Shown: positions 25,231 through 39,677, counted from the first letter of the stretch. The stretch: DNA of 64,000 nt from Bispira polyomma (GCA_965649765.1 OZ287756.1:48174001-48238000), one strand, 5' to 3'. Notes: generated by a model from the sequence alone, not told the origin. Translations and numbers: made by a program.

Positions 25231-25672
25231 TAAATAATATTTATAGGAACATAAGAGAAATCGTTTTACAGCCTTTTATTCAGTCATCCATCAAGGTAGC
25301 TAGAATTCTTAGAAAACGTTAATTAAGGAAGAGATCTGGGGCCGCACACAAGGCTACACAGCTCACACTGTGACACAGGCAGACCCTCTGCAATTATAAA
25401 TGAGCAAAAGACAGAGTTCCCTGTCAGTGTTAATTACCACATCAAACATTGGGACAACAGAAATCAGGGCACCGAGCACTGGCCCCTAGGTCCATTGCCG
25501 TTGTAAACACTTTCTATCTTTTTATAAACTGGGCAACTATTTTCTTTACTTAAGATTTTTAATAATTTCTTTTCAATTCCAGAATATATACCCTTAAGTA
25601 AGCGTTTCTAGGCCAGCAAGTTTCTGAGTTGACTAGCTGACAGCAATTCTATCAGTTTCATAGATTTATAAC

Positions 25673-25805
25673 CAGAGTTGCAGCCAATGTAATAGAAAAG
25701 TAATAGATTTCAAAATTTTAAATGCAATAGTAATAGATGACAATGCAATAGTAATAGATGGCAATGTAATAGTAATAGATGGTATGTAATAGACCCCCAA
25801 CCCTG
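25673..25805. mobile_element. Small hAT-like MITE built of 21-bp gtaatagtaatagatggcaat repeats
   Basis: cagagttg...caaccctg ends; flanks tttataac/tttataag (8-bp TSD, 7/8 match). Confidence 0.6.
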
Positions 25806-25921
25806 TTTATAAGGAAGTGTTTCCATGCCGACGGTAACACTTTGAGGTTAAGTTAAGTTTGAGGTTTTTTCAGAGAATACATTTGGCCAATATCTCTTAT
25901 TCTCGACCCAGTTAGACTCAC

Positions 25922-26024
25922 CTTTCCTGTCCCAATGCGTCTCCACCCTCCTCTCATCTGCCTTCGGGTTGCTGTAACTTCCCTGTGGAAACCCTGGATT
26001 GCCGGGTGTGGGCAGCAAAGACCT
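25922..26024 (-). CDS. Host gene internal exon (103 nt, phase 0-1): RSLLPTPGNPGFPQGSYSNPKADERRVETHWDRK
   Basis: Acceptor gttgttctgttttcag, donor AAG|gtgagt, GC-richer open frame, phases fit both neighbours. Confidence 0.8.
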
Positions 26025-26964
26025 CTGAAAACAGAACAACAGTAGAATATAGAAACACCACCGCTAACTGGGGCCACGGTGGTGACATTCCACGCACAGA
26101 ATGATACATGTTATACTAGGTTCAGAAATGTCACAAATTACACACAAATAAAAGATCTAGAGGTCCGATCTATGCAGACATATATTTTAAATTTCACACT
26201 GTTCTTAGCCAATGATGTAGAAGCATTTCCATTTGGTGCATAACAAGGACACCCAAAATTCCACATTGATACCCCTGCCTAAAAAAACACCAGTCAGTAG
26301 AACTACTGAGATTTGTGATTGGTAGGCATTAACAAGGGGTATTAGTCTTAATTTTAGTCTTAACCTCAATACTGTTTTTTAAAATATTTACGACTATCTT
26401 GTACAGTCAAATCCCTTTAAGCAGAACTTGGTTACATCAAATTACCCTTGATCAGAAGTTATATGGAGAAAATGCATAGTCCTACAGAGGCACTTCTTTT
26501 AAAATCTACACTGTTAAGTGGAATGCATAGTCTTACAGAGGATACTTGAGGTTTGACTTAAAGGGATTCAGCTGTATTCATCTTGTTGTTGACACTTAGA
26601 TCTGATATTTTCTTAATGTGGCTAGCACAAAGACCAGAGTTCTAACTACCTTAAGCACAGACTAAAATGTTAGATTTAAGACAAAGAATAATCCAATACC
26701 TTTGGTAAATACTAGCCCAAGCACTTGCCAACTGCAGTACTCTAGGGGATGCTGTGGCCTTAGTCATTGACAATCTAATACTTAAAAGTCCCTACCACTT
26801 AAATAAAAATATTGTTCAGAACTATATCTGTATACAGGAAGTGAACTTGAAAGTCTCGCTGAACAGTTGACTACCTTGCTGTGTCAATGCTAGGGCTGTT
26901 GAGATTATATTTGTCATCAACAACAACAGTCCCCGACATAGATTTAAAGACGTCTGTATGTTTA

Positions 26965-28080
26965 TTTAGAAATAATTTGGGATTAGCTTTGTTTATTTAC
27001 ATTAGTTTGGGTTCAACATTGTTCATTTACATTAGTTTGGGTTTAGCTTTATTTACCGGTTCCGCTCTCGGAAGCGCCCAAGGGCGAAAACAACAAAAAT
27101 TCAAAGAAGTTGGGGGTGGGCGTTTGCGAGAATGTGCCGTTACGCGAACTCGTTTTTCGTTTCGATCCGAATAAAATGACATAAAGTACATTAAAATCGC
27201 ATATTTTATCTGTTAAATAGAATAATCAACAAATCCATACAATTTCTTGCGAAAATCAGCCCCATTTTGTTGTTTTTATCTTTAACTGTGTACCGGAAAT
27301 TACAGGTGCTCCCAGGTGAGAAAACGTCACTATTGTTAGTGTACACAGGAAGCGCAAATGATGGCTGTTTATATGTCCAAATTACCTTAAACTGGTATGT
27401 TTTACAAAGTTTTGCATATAAAAACATCGTTTTTTGATAGTTTCTTTATGATATTTGTTGTTATATGATACGTTTTTTGCAAAATTATGTGGCCGTTTTC
27501 CGTAATATTTGAAAAGTTGGAGATGGGTGTTTACGCGAACATGGGCGAGATGGAGAGCGGAACCGGTACATTAGTTTGGGTTAAGCTTTGTTTATTTACA
27601 TTAGTTTGGGTTAAGCTTTGTTTATTTACATTAGTTTGGGTTTAGCTTTGTTTATTTACATTAGTTTGGGTTTAGCTTTGTTTATTCACATTAGTTTGGG
27701 TTTAACATTGTTTACTCACATTAGTTTTGGTTTAGCTTTGTTTGGTTCCATTAGTTTAAGTTTAATTTTGTTTATTTAACATTAGTTTGGATTTAACTTT
27801 GTTTATTTAACATTGTTTATTTCCATTAGTTTGGATTTAACTTTGTTTATTTACATTAGTTTGGGTTTAGCTTTGTTTATTTACATTAGTTTGGATTTAG
27901 CTTTGTTTATTTACATTAGTTTGGGTTGAACATTGTTTATTTACATTAGTTTGGGTTTAGCATTGTTTATTTCCATTAGTTTGGGTTTAACATTGTTTAT
28001 TTCCATTAGTTTGGGTTTAGCTTTGTTTATTTACCTTAATGGGTTTAACATTGTTTATTTATATTAGTTTGGGTTTAATG
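26965..28080. repeat. 30-bp minisatellite (ttacattagtttgggtttagctttgtttat), interrupted by a MITE
   Basis: About 3 units before 27055 and about 17 units from 27567 to 28080. Confidence 0.9.
27056..27566 (+). mobile_element. MITE family (TIR ccggttccgctc, TA TSD), copy 2; deleted inverted copy at ~35985-36130
   Basis: tttatt-ta-ccggttccgctctc...gagagcggaaccgg-ta-cattagt. Confidence 0.85.
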
Positions 28081-28091
28081 TCGCTCTCAAC

Positions 28092-28482
28092 TAAGGATGC
28101 AACCGAGGGCTTGACACTCGCTGTATGAGCCCATTTTTGCAAGGAATCGGGTCCATTTTCTCCACTCGACTACTCGCTATTATAGCGGATTATCACTCAC
28201 GATATATAAAACATACATAAAATATTAACATTTGCACATTTCGGCCTGGTCAAAACAAATAATACTTTAGATTTGGTCAAATAACCTACATTTCATTTCA
28301 TATTCTTAAATATGTTTAAAAATATCAGATGTTTTTTCACAAAAACATCGCTACGGGAAATGGCCATATTTGTTTCCGGTGTTTCCGATTGGTAAATACT
28401 AAACCTCGCGAGTACCTGAATTCGAGTCGGGTTTCCGAACTCGAGCACTTAAAGCAATTTTTTTGCACCTGTCCCACCCCTA
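28092..28482. mobile_element. hAT-like MITE
   Basis: taaggatgcaac...gtcccaccccta ends; flanks ctctcaac/gtctcgac. Confidence 0.5.
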
Positions 28483-29591
28483 GTCTCGACATGTTTGTGC
28501 CATATCACAACGGGCAGTTTACTGGTGACCGGAATTAGAGCATAGTAGTTGGTCAAGGTTTTCTGCTTTAGAAACCAACAGCCTTTAGCAAGTCTACTGC
28601 TAAGTGTCCCACATACACATGCATGGACCAAAATTCAAACCCAGTATGGAAGTATGTGAAGGTGCTTCCACTACACCGCCAAGACTGGCATTTGGTTTAC
28701 TCAAACAAGCTAAATAAAGAGAGAGAAAAACCTCTATCGACTGACGAATATTTTACTCAGGTGTAAAGAAATGTGTTCAACAGGGCGGAAGTCTGAAGTA
28801 CACCTGTTGTGGTATAGATCTGGCGGAAAAACGCTTGGGATAAAGATCAATAGCCATATGTTTGGTGACCCATGAATAAATATCTTGGTACTGATGCAAC
28901 TACCCAAAATAAACACTTGTTAATTTTCCACGTGATGTAACTCTGTTTTTGTAAGACTATACATTCCTGTTATTGTAATGAGGCGGAATAAAACCTATAT
29001 TATGATTATTATCCGAATGTGTTAGCAGGAGCAACCTTTTGTTTTCATATTGAAAGGTTCATAAATAGAGGGTCTATTTTTAGCGCAAAACAAGAGAAAA
29101 TTGGAAATTTGGTCAAGACTAAAAAACGAAAAAGATAATAGAAGTAATCAGATAATAGAAGTAATCGGATAATAGAAGTTATCTACTGCATGAGCATTAT
29201 AGAAGGGTTTTGGTATCAGAAATTTGCCAGTGAAAACATAAATAAAGTAGAACTAAAACAAATTCTTGCTATTACAAAACAAGTTTGGATAATAAAGGTT
29301 CTACTATTTACAAGTTATTACATGTACATTTAATATGGTCCACAACCCTTAGAAATACACAGATGTAAACTATTTACTGTAAAACTGTGTACCAAGAATA
29401 TTTGAGGGAGAGAAAAGAACAGATGGTTTGAAGTTTGTTTTCTGCTGATGTAATTATACTTCAAAATGTCTGCAGCAACATTCTAGGAACAATACAAAGA
29501 CCAGACTGTATTACTAAAGGACCTGGCAGACCGGGTCTGCTACAGTACAATCACAGTCTTTATAATCAGATAACAATAATACAACTGTTAT

Positions 29592-30090
29592 GTGCCATTA
29601 CGACACTAGGCACCGATTCGAATCGGCACCCCCCTAGAAGGGGTGCCGTTTCGACACCCAACCTCAGTGCCTACTTGGCGTGGCCGTTTTGACACCCAAA
29701 GAATTAATGTTTAAGATTTTTTCTAATAAAATCATTATTTCTAGCTTGATTTATTTTATCATTTTAAAGTGTACAACACAAGGAACTGAAATATGTCATA
29801 GTTACAAATGATGGATTGAACAAATACACAGAAAATCGCGATTAAATTGAATTTAATGAAATTAAAATTTAAAATTTTTGGAATATAGCAATCTCTTTGT
29901 TGTAAGCTTTAAAATGGTATCTTATTTGTCAAAATCAAGCTGGAATAATAATTTTATATAAATCTCAAACAATTATTGTTTTTAGTGTCGAAATGGCCAC
30001 GCCAACTAGAACCCAATACAAGTATATGAGGGTGTCAAAACGGTCTCCCTAGCCGATTCGAAACGGTGAGAGTGTCGAAACAGCCCCCAA
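29592..30090. mobile_element. MITE with long imperfect TIRs made of ccgtttcgacac-type motifs
   Basis: ttggcgtggccgttttgacac versus gtgtcgaaatggccacgccaa, with an AT-rich centre. Confidence 0.7.
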
Positions 30091-31373
30091 CACAACCAAT
30101 AAACAAAATATTGTCTATATACATAAACTATTACACCCAAGTCGACCACATACATATTAGCTATGGTATCAAATGATGTTTTTCGTATCGATATTGCTAT
30201 GATCTATTTATCATAGCTTTGATAAATATTTGGATATTGATGTACAATACTATAGATTAATACATATCACTTCTACATCAATGTCATTGTTTAGGTTTCT
30301 TTGGATCATAATTTGTCACAGCTAGTTCACAAGGGCCTTAAGCGGGGGGAATTCTTTTTTCCAAGACTATGCCACAGAGAATAAAACACCAAGAAGTCAA
30401 ATGCCCATTGTACTATAGCATGTGTGAAGAATTACATTACCCCCAGCTTGAACCAAGAAAAACCACTTAAAACCTTCCCCAAAAAAATAGTATACTATAT
30501 ACCACAGTAGACTTTGTGGAGGTTGAACATCTAATATTCACAGAACTCAGTTCCACTTAAGGCTTACACATCTATTTATAGCCAAGTTAAAATGTTGTAG
30601 TCAAAACCCTTTAAATAGAACTCTGTTGAGTCATTTTCCCTTTTATGGGGAGACAAATTTGTAGTCCCATGAAGCCCTTTTCCTGTAAAGTAAACCAAAT
30701 GCTAGTCTCGGTGATGTAGTGCTTCGTAAATTCTACCCTGTTAAGTGGAAATCTTGCTTGAGTAGACGTATTTTCTCTGGTCCCTTTTAGTGATTCTAGC
30801 GACCCAGTACAGAAATTTCACTGTACTCTAGAAATAGTGGACTTTTTGAGCTGGAAAAAAATTCCACTAATTTTACAATTTTTTAAGAGAATTTCACTGG
30901 AATTAGTTTGCACTATAAACCATTAATTGGTTAAATATTATGACTAGTCAACATAAGTTTATATTCAAATATACATAAAATTAATTCCTAGCAAAAAATT
31001 TCAACTTTTATAAAGAATGGTACCCGTATTGGGACAAGTTTAAGTGTGTAAAACTTTGGTTTCTGAGTAATGAGCTTATTCGTTGCACACTTCTTTGAAC
31101 CAGCCTAAATCAAGACAGCTGAAAAGCCAATGGTGGTGGAGTTGAAGCTGAGTCTGCTGACATGGTAGTGTTTGGTGGTATATAGTGAGACCCATCCATC
31201 ATTCTCTCATTAGGAATCACTCTCTGTTTTGTTCACATCCATCGGTTAACTTGTCTGATTCAGAAATGCAACATTATTGCTTTTCCATCTTCTTTATATA
31301 TATATACACATTACCAGGTGTGCCAAAGGAACTTGTTTGTCTTTCCTGGCAGAGTGAGAAAAGCAAACTGTAC

Positions 31374-32184
31374 AGGGTCTTGCTAACCAGCTCCGGTGCA
31401 GTACGATCCGACCATTTCGGATGGTGCTTTTACACTGGATCCGGTATGTCATATATTAAAATATGTTATCAAATAAATTCAAATTATAACTTTTGAATTT
31501 ACTTACCTGAAATAATTTATCCCAGTACTGATTATTAATTATATCCATTTAACTATGCACAACAAAACCCCCATCTGTCATGTTCACAATATGTCCAAAC
31601 AATCCACATAATTATAAGTGTCTACATTCAAAATTTAAATAAAACAATCTAATATAACTAATAAATATGTTGGCAATTTCAGTTTATTAATCCTTGTTAG
31701 TATATAATTCCAACATAATTTATCACCGTCATCCAAATTTCACTTTATATCATTATGTTGTTAGGGGAACTACAGAAATCCAATTGAATGTCCCTGGTTA
31801 ATTGGATTTAGGCCACTATTTTACTGCTAATTGTTTTTAAGACATATTTGTGAGGGCTTGAATATTCTTGATTGGATATTACACTAACTGCTAACTTTGT
31901 GTCATGGGCCTGAATATTCTCAAGTGGATATTATGCTAATGGATTATAATAGGTTGATAAACTATATCATTTCTTGATCTGTGTGTTTCCCCCTACATTT
32001 CCATCCCCCCTCATCCGGTCTGACAAAAATTAGAGAAATCTCTATTTTAGAATTTTCGTTACGAACTTTACGAATCGGATCGGACCGCAACGGATCAGGT
32101 ATGTATAGACAATATATATTGCATTGTTTCTAAAATTTACGTCGGATCGGACCGTACCGCAACGGAGCCGGTTAGCAATGCCCT
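31374..32184. mobile_element. Harbinger-like non-autonomous element with 3-bp TSD (TAC)
   Basis: tac-agggtcttgctaaccagctccg ... cggagccggttagcaatgccct-tac. Confidence 0.7.
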
Positions 32185-33108
32185 TACTTAACTCTATATA
32201 CTCTATACTTTACATCTACCAGACATACAGCACTCAGCAGTGTACTTAATCATTCATTTTGCAACAGATGAATTTGTCACAGAATTATGCTATACATTAT
32301 ACACAGCATGACAGGAAGCAATAGATAAATCAAACGCATGGGAACTCACTGTTTCAATTATACATCATCAATACCATTGATTGAAAACTTACATTATCAC
32401 CAAAAATCTCAAAGTCACAAACATGATAGCCAACAAGAAAGGATAAAAGATAAGATAGCCCACTCATTTTTTCTTTTTTTTTCTGGATAGATTTTTATCA
32501 GCATACCATATTGTTTCTATGGAAACCGGTTGACTGACAAATCAGGAAACTCTAGAAGCCTCCAGGTATTTATTAAATGTATTTCACCCTAAAACCCACT
32601 CAGTTACCTCACCATATTTTGCTCTATCTTTGTCAACAACAAAGATCTCTACAATCTAGCTATATACATTTGTATATTCAAACTACTCACTGAAAAACTC
32701 TTAAATTAAATTTAACAGTTATTCAGTCAGTTAACAGTTGTCTAGCTTTATTCAGCTTAATAAGGAAATCTATCTAATTATATTGATATGTTTGTGCGAG
32801 TTTTACGCAAGTGAGTTTAAGTCAATATATATAGTCCCAAGAAATGCATACTTTTGCTGGCAAAGATTCTCTCAGACACATGTGGTTCTGGACTAATTAA
32901 TACATGGTATGGCACAGACACATTTCTTTATACACCTTTTGTTTTAGATAAACAGTTGGTGAGGGGAGCAGGAGATGATGGTGGTTGTTCTCAGGTGCCA
33001 ACGTTGGTTGCAGAAATCCAAAACAAAAACCACGACTACCTATCAACACTGTTCTCCTAGCTCCTGTATGTATTTAAATGCAAAAGCAATAAAACTTCTA
33101 TTAACCAA

Positions 33109-33463
33109 TAGTGGGTAAGTCGTTTGAATTGATGTACATCGATATTGAAAATAAAATCACTTCAATATTGGCCGATATCAGAACATATAAAGAAATTAAC
33201 TAAGAAAGTGGAACGAATCTCAAAATAGACAAACCCTGCCCGAAAAAAAACTGGAAGTGAGAACTGATAAATATGTTTACAAGTAGAAATGGTTATAATT
33301 CATTGTTAACCTTAAAATATCAGTACAATTGTTGTAAAAATGTTATCCCATGGTGAAATATTTGTCATTTATGATATCGATGGGTTGGTATTACACATCG
33401 ATATCGAAAATCAAAAGCCCAAACAATAAATATTGCTGATATCGATAAACAATTTACCCACTA
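33109..33463. mobile_element. hAT-like MITE (tagtgggtaa TIR, atcgatat subterminal motifs)
   Basis: tagtgggtaa ... ttacccacta. Confidence 0.6.
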
Positions 33464-34184
33464 GTATCCAAACCTCTATTAACTGAATATGCAATTTTAC
33501 AAATTCATTTTTACTCTCCCTAATTTACATTTCTTATTGCTTTATACAGGAATGCCTTTTCTATTATATAAACCTTCTATTAGTTGAACAAAACCTTACT
33601 CTCGGCCTTCAAACATGTATGGATAATAATGGTTCTACTGTACTTAAAATTTTTTCAAATGCAAAATGCAAATACTTTCAAAAATATATTCAAATGCATT
33701 TGTTCCTATGTCTAATTGGCAGTCGGCTAAATGGAAACAAGAACTTACTTTACGCAATAGCCATACTGCGCTTTATATCAACCACTTTGACGTTGTCATC
33801 CAATGTAAAGAAAGTGTACTTGGTACATGTTATGAATAGAAAAAACTTCTTGAATTAATAATCATCCAAAAAAATCCTAAAACAAATTCATTGTATGGCG
33901 TTATTTTTTCGCCAATATCATTAAGTTTCCTATTATTTTTATTCTCCTTCCTCTAAATCTGACATCTGTGTAATATTTGAGACAGCTTCAGTTTTCAAAT
34001 TTAATAAAATTTAAGCTATTTGAATTAGTGCTTTTTTAGCTAAGAAAGCTAATAAGTGCAACAAGAAAGGAAAAATCAATTTAATAGCACTTCTTATTGA
34101 CTGACATAACTGCTGCAGCATTAAAGCAATTCAATTTTTCAGAGAAAAGATTTGTGGAAATTGATGAAATGTAATAAATGATTG

Positions 34185-34465
34185 AAAAATACTAAAAGTA
34201 TTTCTGAATAATATTTTTTTTTTTATATTTCCAATGGTTTCTGGTTAACTTTTCTACAATAAATGGCAAAATCTGCTTTAGAGTTTAGAATGGAAACATT
34301 ATTTTTGTTCACAGATGTGTAAGTTTATTTTTGTGTTGAATAATATTAGTGTTTTTATATTCCCAATGGTTTCTATCTTAATTTTCTACATTAAATGGCA
34401 AAATCCGCTTCAGAGATTACAATAGAAGCATTACTGGTTCACTGATGTATAAGTTTATTTTTGTT
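34185..34465. repeat. ~140-bp tandem duplication
   Basis: ccaatggtttct..taaatggcaaaatc..gttcac..aagtttatttttgt occurs twice. Confidence 0.8.
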
Positions 34466-35189
34466 TTTGTTAAAATATCAACTTTTTACTACCAAAAGTG
34501 TAAATGGTTTAACTAAACAAAAAAAAAAAAAGACACATTGATTTGTTTACTTTGTTCCTGTAATCAATTGTAAATACATTTCAATAAGATAAGCAATAAT
34601 TGACATTTCCCTAATAGCTACATAGATTGCACTGACTTTTATAAGTAATGCTCAATCATCATTTAGTTTCTTTGAAACACCTAGTGGTGGTGTGTGTGAT
34701 ACATCATGAGGTACATACTAAACCTTTCCACAGAAATGCTAGGTTAGTAAATGTCTTCAATTTGTTTAATGGCTGCTTGACCTTCCGAGAATGACACTTT
34801 TATTTGTGTGGTCTTGATGTAGACTTATTGGACGAGTTAACACATCACTTCCTGCCATCATACACTTACTTCCACAAGCAAGAAAGGTCAAGATGCTAGA
34901 CACAGATAACCAATAGTTTATTAGTATCTGGTCCTAGTAATCATAAATTTTAGTGATTTTTTTGTTTTGTTTGGGGTTGCTGGGGGGGGGGACCTCCAAC
35001 ATCCACAGGATCTGGTTCTAGTTATGGCTAACTTCCACTTATACCTACAGCTGGATTTCCACTTATCAAGGTAGATGTTAAGGAAAAAAACCTTTTGTGA
35101 CTTCAGTGTTTATCCACATAAAAGGTAAACTGAGTTAACATGTTAATAGAGTTTTACTTATTCTATATAGGGGCTAGACTGTATAGAAG

Positions 35190-35385
35190 TACAGTACAAC
35201 CTCTATTATCCAAACTTCTGGGGGGGGGGGGGATTGATATTCGATTTTATGAACATATTCTCACTCTCCCAAGTTTAAACTTTCTTATTATAGTTTTTAT
35301 ACTAAACTGATCTTCTATTTTAAGAATCTTGTATAATCCCAACCAAATATTGCACTTCCATGTTCGGATAATATAGATTCCACTT
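35190..35385. mobile_element. Tc1/pogo-like MITE family (tacagtagaacctctattatcc ends); many decayed copies, e.g. ~14760, 16405, 24932, 26402, 30598, 33470, 45297, 55070
   Basis: Recurrent ta-cagt(a/c)(g/a)aacc and ggataatagagg/ggttctactgta termini. Confidence 0.65.
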
Positions 35386-35759
35386 TTTTGATTTGTAATA
35401 GTGATAAATTACTTTACAACTTTAAGGCCAACAGGGTAGAATTCCCTTCATTGTTGTGTTATCATTCACTAATTATAGGACACCTACTCTAGTTTTTATT
35501 AAGAACAGAACAAATAGAGACATTAAAAGGACGTCCAATTCAGAGACACGGACAACTTTAGTACTTATGCCAACAACTAACAGAAGTGTCAACACTTACT
35601 CAGCTGACAGATAGCTTCTATTTTCAATCACTAAAAAAGCCTTCCCTCCAGCTTCAAATTGAGGAGCTTATCATGTGCATGTTAGCCTGGCAAATGCTAT
35701 AGATTTCAAACAACTTTATTATTTCAGATGAAAGTCTCTCAGCTAAAAACTTTAAAACA

Positions 35760-35982
35760 ATTTTGATTTGATTTGGATTTAACGTCGTTATCAACACATT
35801 GTATAGGTCATATAATGACGGTCAGTTATTAGTGCTCGAGGAAACCGGTGTATACTAGTTGGTCAAGATCCTACACTGTAAACCAGTGACCATCGGCAAG
35901 TAACTGCCAACTTTCACACCTAAAGCCCCCAGCTACGATTCGACCCGGAACCTCAGAGGTTAGAGGCGAGTGTGTTAGCAAA
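35760..35982 (-). mobile_element. tRNA-derived SINE, related subfamily
   Basis: Minus strand: ..ccgggtcgaatc..gaaagttggcagttacttgccgatggtc..ccggtttcctc..actgaccgtc..gacgttaaatccaaatc tail. Confidence 0.7.
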
Positions 35983-37895
35983 ACATACCAGTTTAAGGTA
36001 ACTTGGTTTTCATACAGATTAAAACGAAAAGCGAGTTCACGTAAATGGCCATTCTCGCAAAAGCTCACCCCTGACTTCTTTGAATTTTCGTTGTTTTTGC
36101 CTCTGGGCGCTCCCGAGAGCGGAACTGGTATAGTCCCACGGAGGCATTTTCCTTTCCAATGTACCCTGTTCAGTGGAAATCCTGCTGAAGTAGAAATATT
36201 GCTTATGGTCCCTTGAGGTTCAACTTGAAAGGGTTTAGCTGCATATTACCAAAATCTTGCTCTCCCATCATGTTGTCAGACCCCTTTTTTAGTATTTACA
36301 ATGTACATTTCTTGCAGTTGTCATGGAAACATTCAAACAGCATTCTCATTCTGGTTAGGGTGAAATAATTTTTAGCGAGTAGTCGGCTCCAAATCGAGCA
36401 TAACCTAGTGAGTACTCGAGGTCCATTTTTCTGGCTCTCTGTCAGCTTATTAATTCCTTAAATATAAGTTGAAGTTTGGATAACAGAGTTTACTACTGTG
36501 TGTGTACTGTGAGCCAGCAGAGTGTCATACCAGGCTCACTGTGTGAGGTTCTGAGTGACAGGTCTGAGTCAAGTGCTCTCACAATGAACTCATATTGGAG
36601 CCAGAATTTGTTCTACATGTGGACCAGAGAAAACTTGGTAGTGTTGCAAGATAATATTGTATTTAAAAATATAGGCCCCCCCCCCCCCCCCCCAAACATC
36701 TAGTGATATATACAGTGTTAATGGAGTCATACATGAGCCATAAATATAAATACTAAGAAACGGGTGTTTTTTTAACAGAATTTGGATACACAAGAATTCC
36801 TGTTGGGCTGTTACTTATGTTACTTAATGCTTCATTCTGAGCTGTACAGCCTGAATATGGCTTATACTAAAGAATTAGGGCTGCAAGCAAGCCGGGTAAT
36901 GGGCCTCGGGTATTCGTAAGTCGATTTAGTCCCAAGTACTCACTAAAAAATATTTAACCTGAGCAAAACAAGGCTGCTGTTTCAATATTAGCATGGCTAC
37001 CCGACTACCATAAGAAATGCATTGTAAAGAGTACAAAAGACTAAAGAAAAGGGGTGGTTATTTGGGAAAGTATAAAATTTTGGTGTGTAATTATATATCA
37101 TTTTATGTTTATGTATACCTTAATTTTTTGTCTGTGTGTCAGTCTGTCAGAAATAAAAGTTAGCGAGTAATCGGCTTTGCATTTCTGACTCAGGCCACAA
37201 GTATCTGTCTCTATAGAACAACCCCAAAATGCTGGAAAACCCCAATCTAAGAAACAAATGCCATGGTATTATCATAAGTTCTTAACTACGATGACCAAAA
37301 GTTATAAATTACTTACTTCATACACTTATGCAACAATTGCTACACTTTTTACCTGGATCACAAAAAAACGAAAACAGTTGTACATAAAGCATTAGTATCA
37401 GGCAAGAATGAAGGAAGTACCTTCGTAACTTGAAATGAAAGGAAGGGCATAAATAAATTAGTTAGAACAGAACAAAGAAGCATTATGTACAGCTTCACCT
37501 TTGCACCTTCTATAAATCACGACTGACCTTTCTATCTTGCAATAATAGACAAACAGGACTGGGTTTGTTTTTTTTTGTCAAATACTACAAAGGAGATATT
37601 ACACAATACATGTTCCTGCTTCTTAGTGTAGTAGATATGTATTATCTATTGTCTTAGTGATCTACTACATATTTTTACTATTACAACAATAGTACTCCAT
37701 ACTTACAAATAGGCTATTTAGTATGCTATTTGAAAACAGCATAATTCTGAATGAATGAAATAATTCTATCTGCTACTTATGTCTGCCTGTTCAAACATGG
37801 GCGGTATGGTAGGCAGTACCAGGCAATATCAGAAGTTATTGTAACTTCTCTTTCCGTCTGACATACAGGCTGATCCATCTAGGGTCAGTAGTGAT

Positions 37896-38263
37896 TAGGG
37901 CTGTGACGGTACCTGTTTTTGTATGTCGGTATCCAGCCAATGCAAAACTGTTCCGATTGCGGGATACCATAAATTATTTGTTTCAACTATCTACCCAATT
38001 GAATGCAGCTTATTACCGGAAGTGAGTTTTGCCAAATAACACAAACACGTTTCCACTGACTGAAATCGAAAAAAAAAGTAACAAATCTGCAAATCGTAGC
38101 ATGACAGGTTAAATTTTTTAATTATATTCCACTGTCTGCATAAGTTGAGGTTTTCCAGCCATTTTATGTACATTGTAACGATACACCGGTAGCAATATTT
38201 ACTGTCGGTCGGCAAGTATTTCTGTCTCAATACGGGGATACCGGCTCTACCGTCTTACCCCTA
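37896..38263. mobile_element. hAT MITE with a perfect 8-bp TSD (GTAGTGAT)
   Basis: gtagtgat-tagggctgtgacggta ... taccgtcttaccccta-gtagtgat. Confidence 0.85.
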
Positions 38264-39363
38264 GTAGTGATACAGAAGTACTCAGAAATATTTGAAAACG
38301 GGCAGGAACACACACTTGCGGGGACGAAAGATTTACAGTAGTTATACACTCAGAAACTCCTCAGAAATAGTCGCACGGCCGACTGTAGAAGGTTCGGGAA
38401 GGAAGCTAAAGTTAAGGTAAGTAATAGATAGGGTTCTCCGTTCTGCAAGGCATATTTCAAAACTTTTTTCTTACCGCCTTTCCATATCACCATAGTGCAA
38501 ACCCCACATTAGTAAGTTTATAGAATAAGCCATCACAAAGCAGGGATATACAGAAAATTTTAGCACGATTGGAGGGGTAGCAACATGAAGGTGATTATGC
38601 TTCTAACAGGACAAACTAAACAAACACCGCGGCCCCCAGGTTTTCAAGAAGTTAACTTGATCTTTCACACTCCAGAACTAAGACAATGCACCAATGAATA
38701 GACGGAACTAAAGCAGACAAAACTACTTATACTGTTGAATACTTATCACCTACTAGCCAACTGAGTACTAATAAACAAGCCAAATATGTAGTATCCATAT
38801 AAAAGCTATATACCCTTCTCGGATATGGAATGTTCTAGCGATAAAAAGGCAGTATAAGAAAGGAAGGGATTATTATTTATAGAGCACACTACAGAGACGT
38901 CAGACTGTGCACCAGTATATTAAGCAGGAAAGCAGCAAGTAGCTGTATCTCAAAAGCTAAACAAGGATCCCCTGCCAGTTGTAATCACTGCTTTCACTTA
39001 GTTACAGTCAGTTACCACAGACACTAGCCTGACCTAATGATCTAATGATCCAGTTTCCTTAACCCTTACGATCCATATGCCTTGTAGGCAAAACCAGCCA
39101 TTACAGCCATTTATTACTCCCAGAACCTACCAGAGCAAGGAATCCAAAATTGGCCACTGTATCTGAAATTCACCACTTCTAAATCTTAAGCGAAATCAAT
39201 AAAAACTGGCGAAAAACTGGCGAAAAATAACCGAAATTTGGTTAAGCAAGGCAAATAGTCACACAAATTTTAATTTCAGCAAATGTTACCCACAATTCTA
39301 CAATAAACACAACATTTTCCAGGTGGCCAATTTCAAATACAGTAGCCAATTTTAGATTCCTTG

Positions 39364-39677
39364 GCCTGGGCTTCCTTCCACCAGTCACTGACGTCGGCCG
39401 ATCTATTAACATCTAAGCCAATTCAATGTCGGCTGATGTAGTGCTTCCTTATCCAGATATGTAGTAAATATTATTATAAGAATTTTTTTTCTCAATTTTT
39501 GTTAAAAAAATTGGACAGACCTGATTTTTTCGCTCCCCGATAGATAAAATATATTGGCCCACGTCTGATCTGATCTGAGGAAAATATGTTAAATGCAAGC
39601 ACTTGGCTGTGTATTATGTAATGACCGATGTTGGCAGACGTCGGCCGAGAAAAACATGTTGAAAGGAAGCCCAGGCT
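39364..39677. mobile_element. MITE with gcctgggcttcctt TIR
   Basis: gcctgggcttccttcca ... tgaaaggaagcccaggc. Confidence 0.65.
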
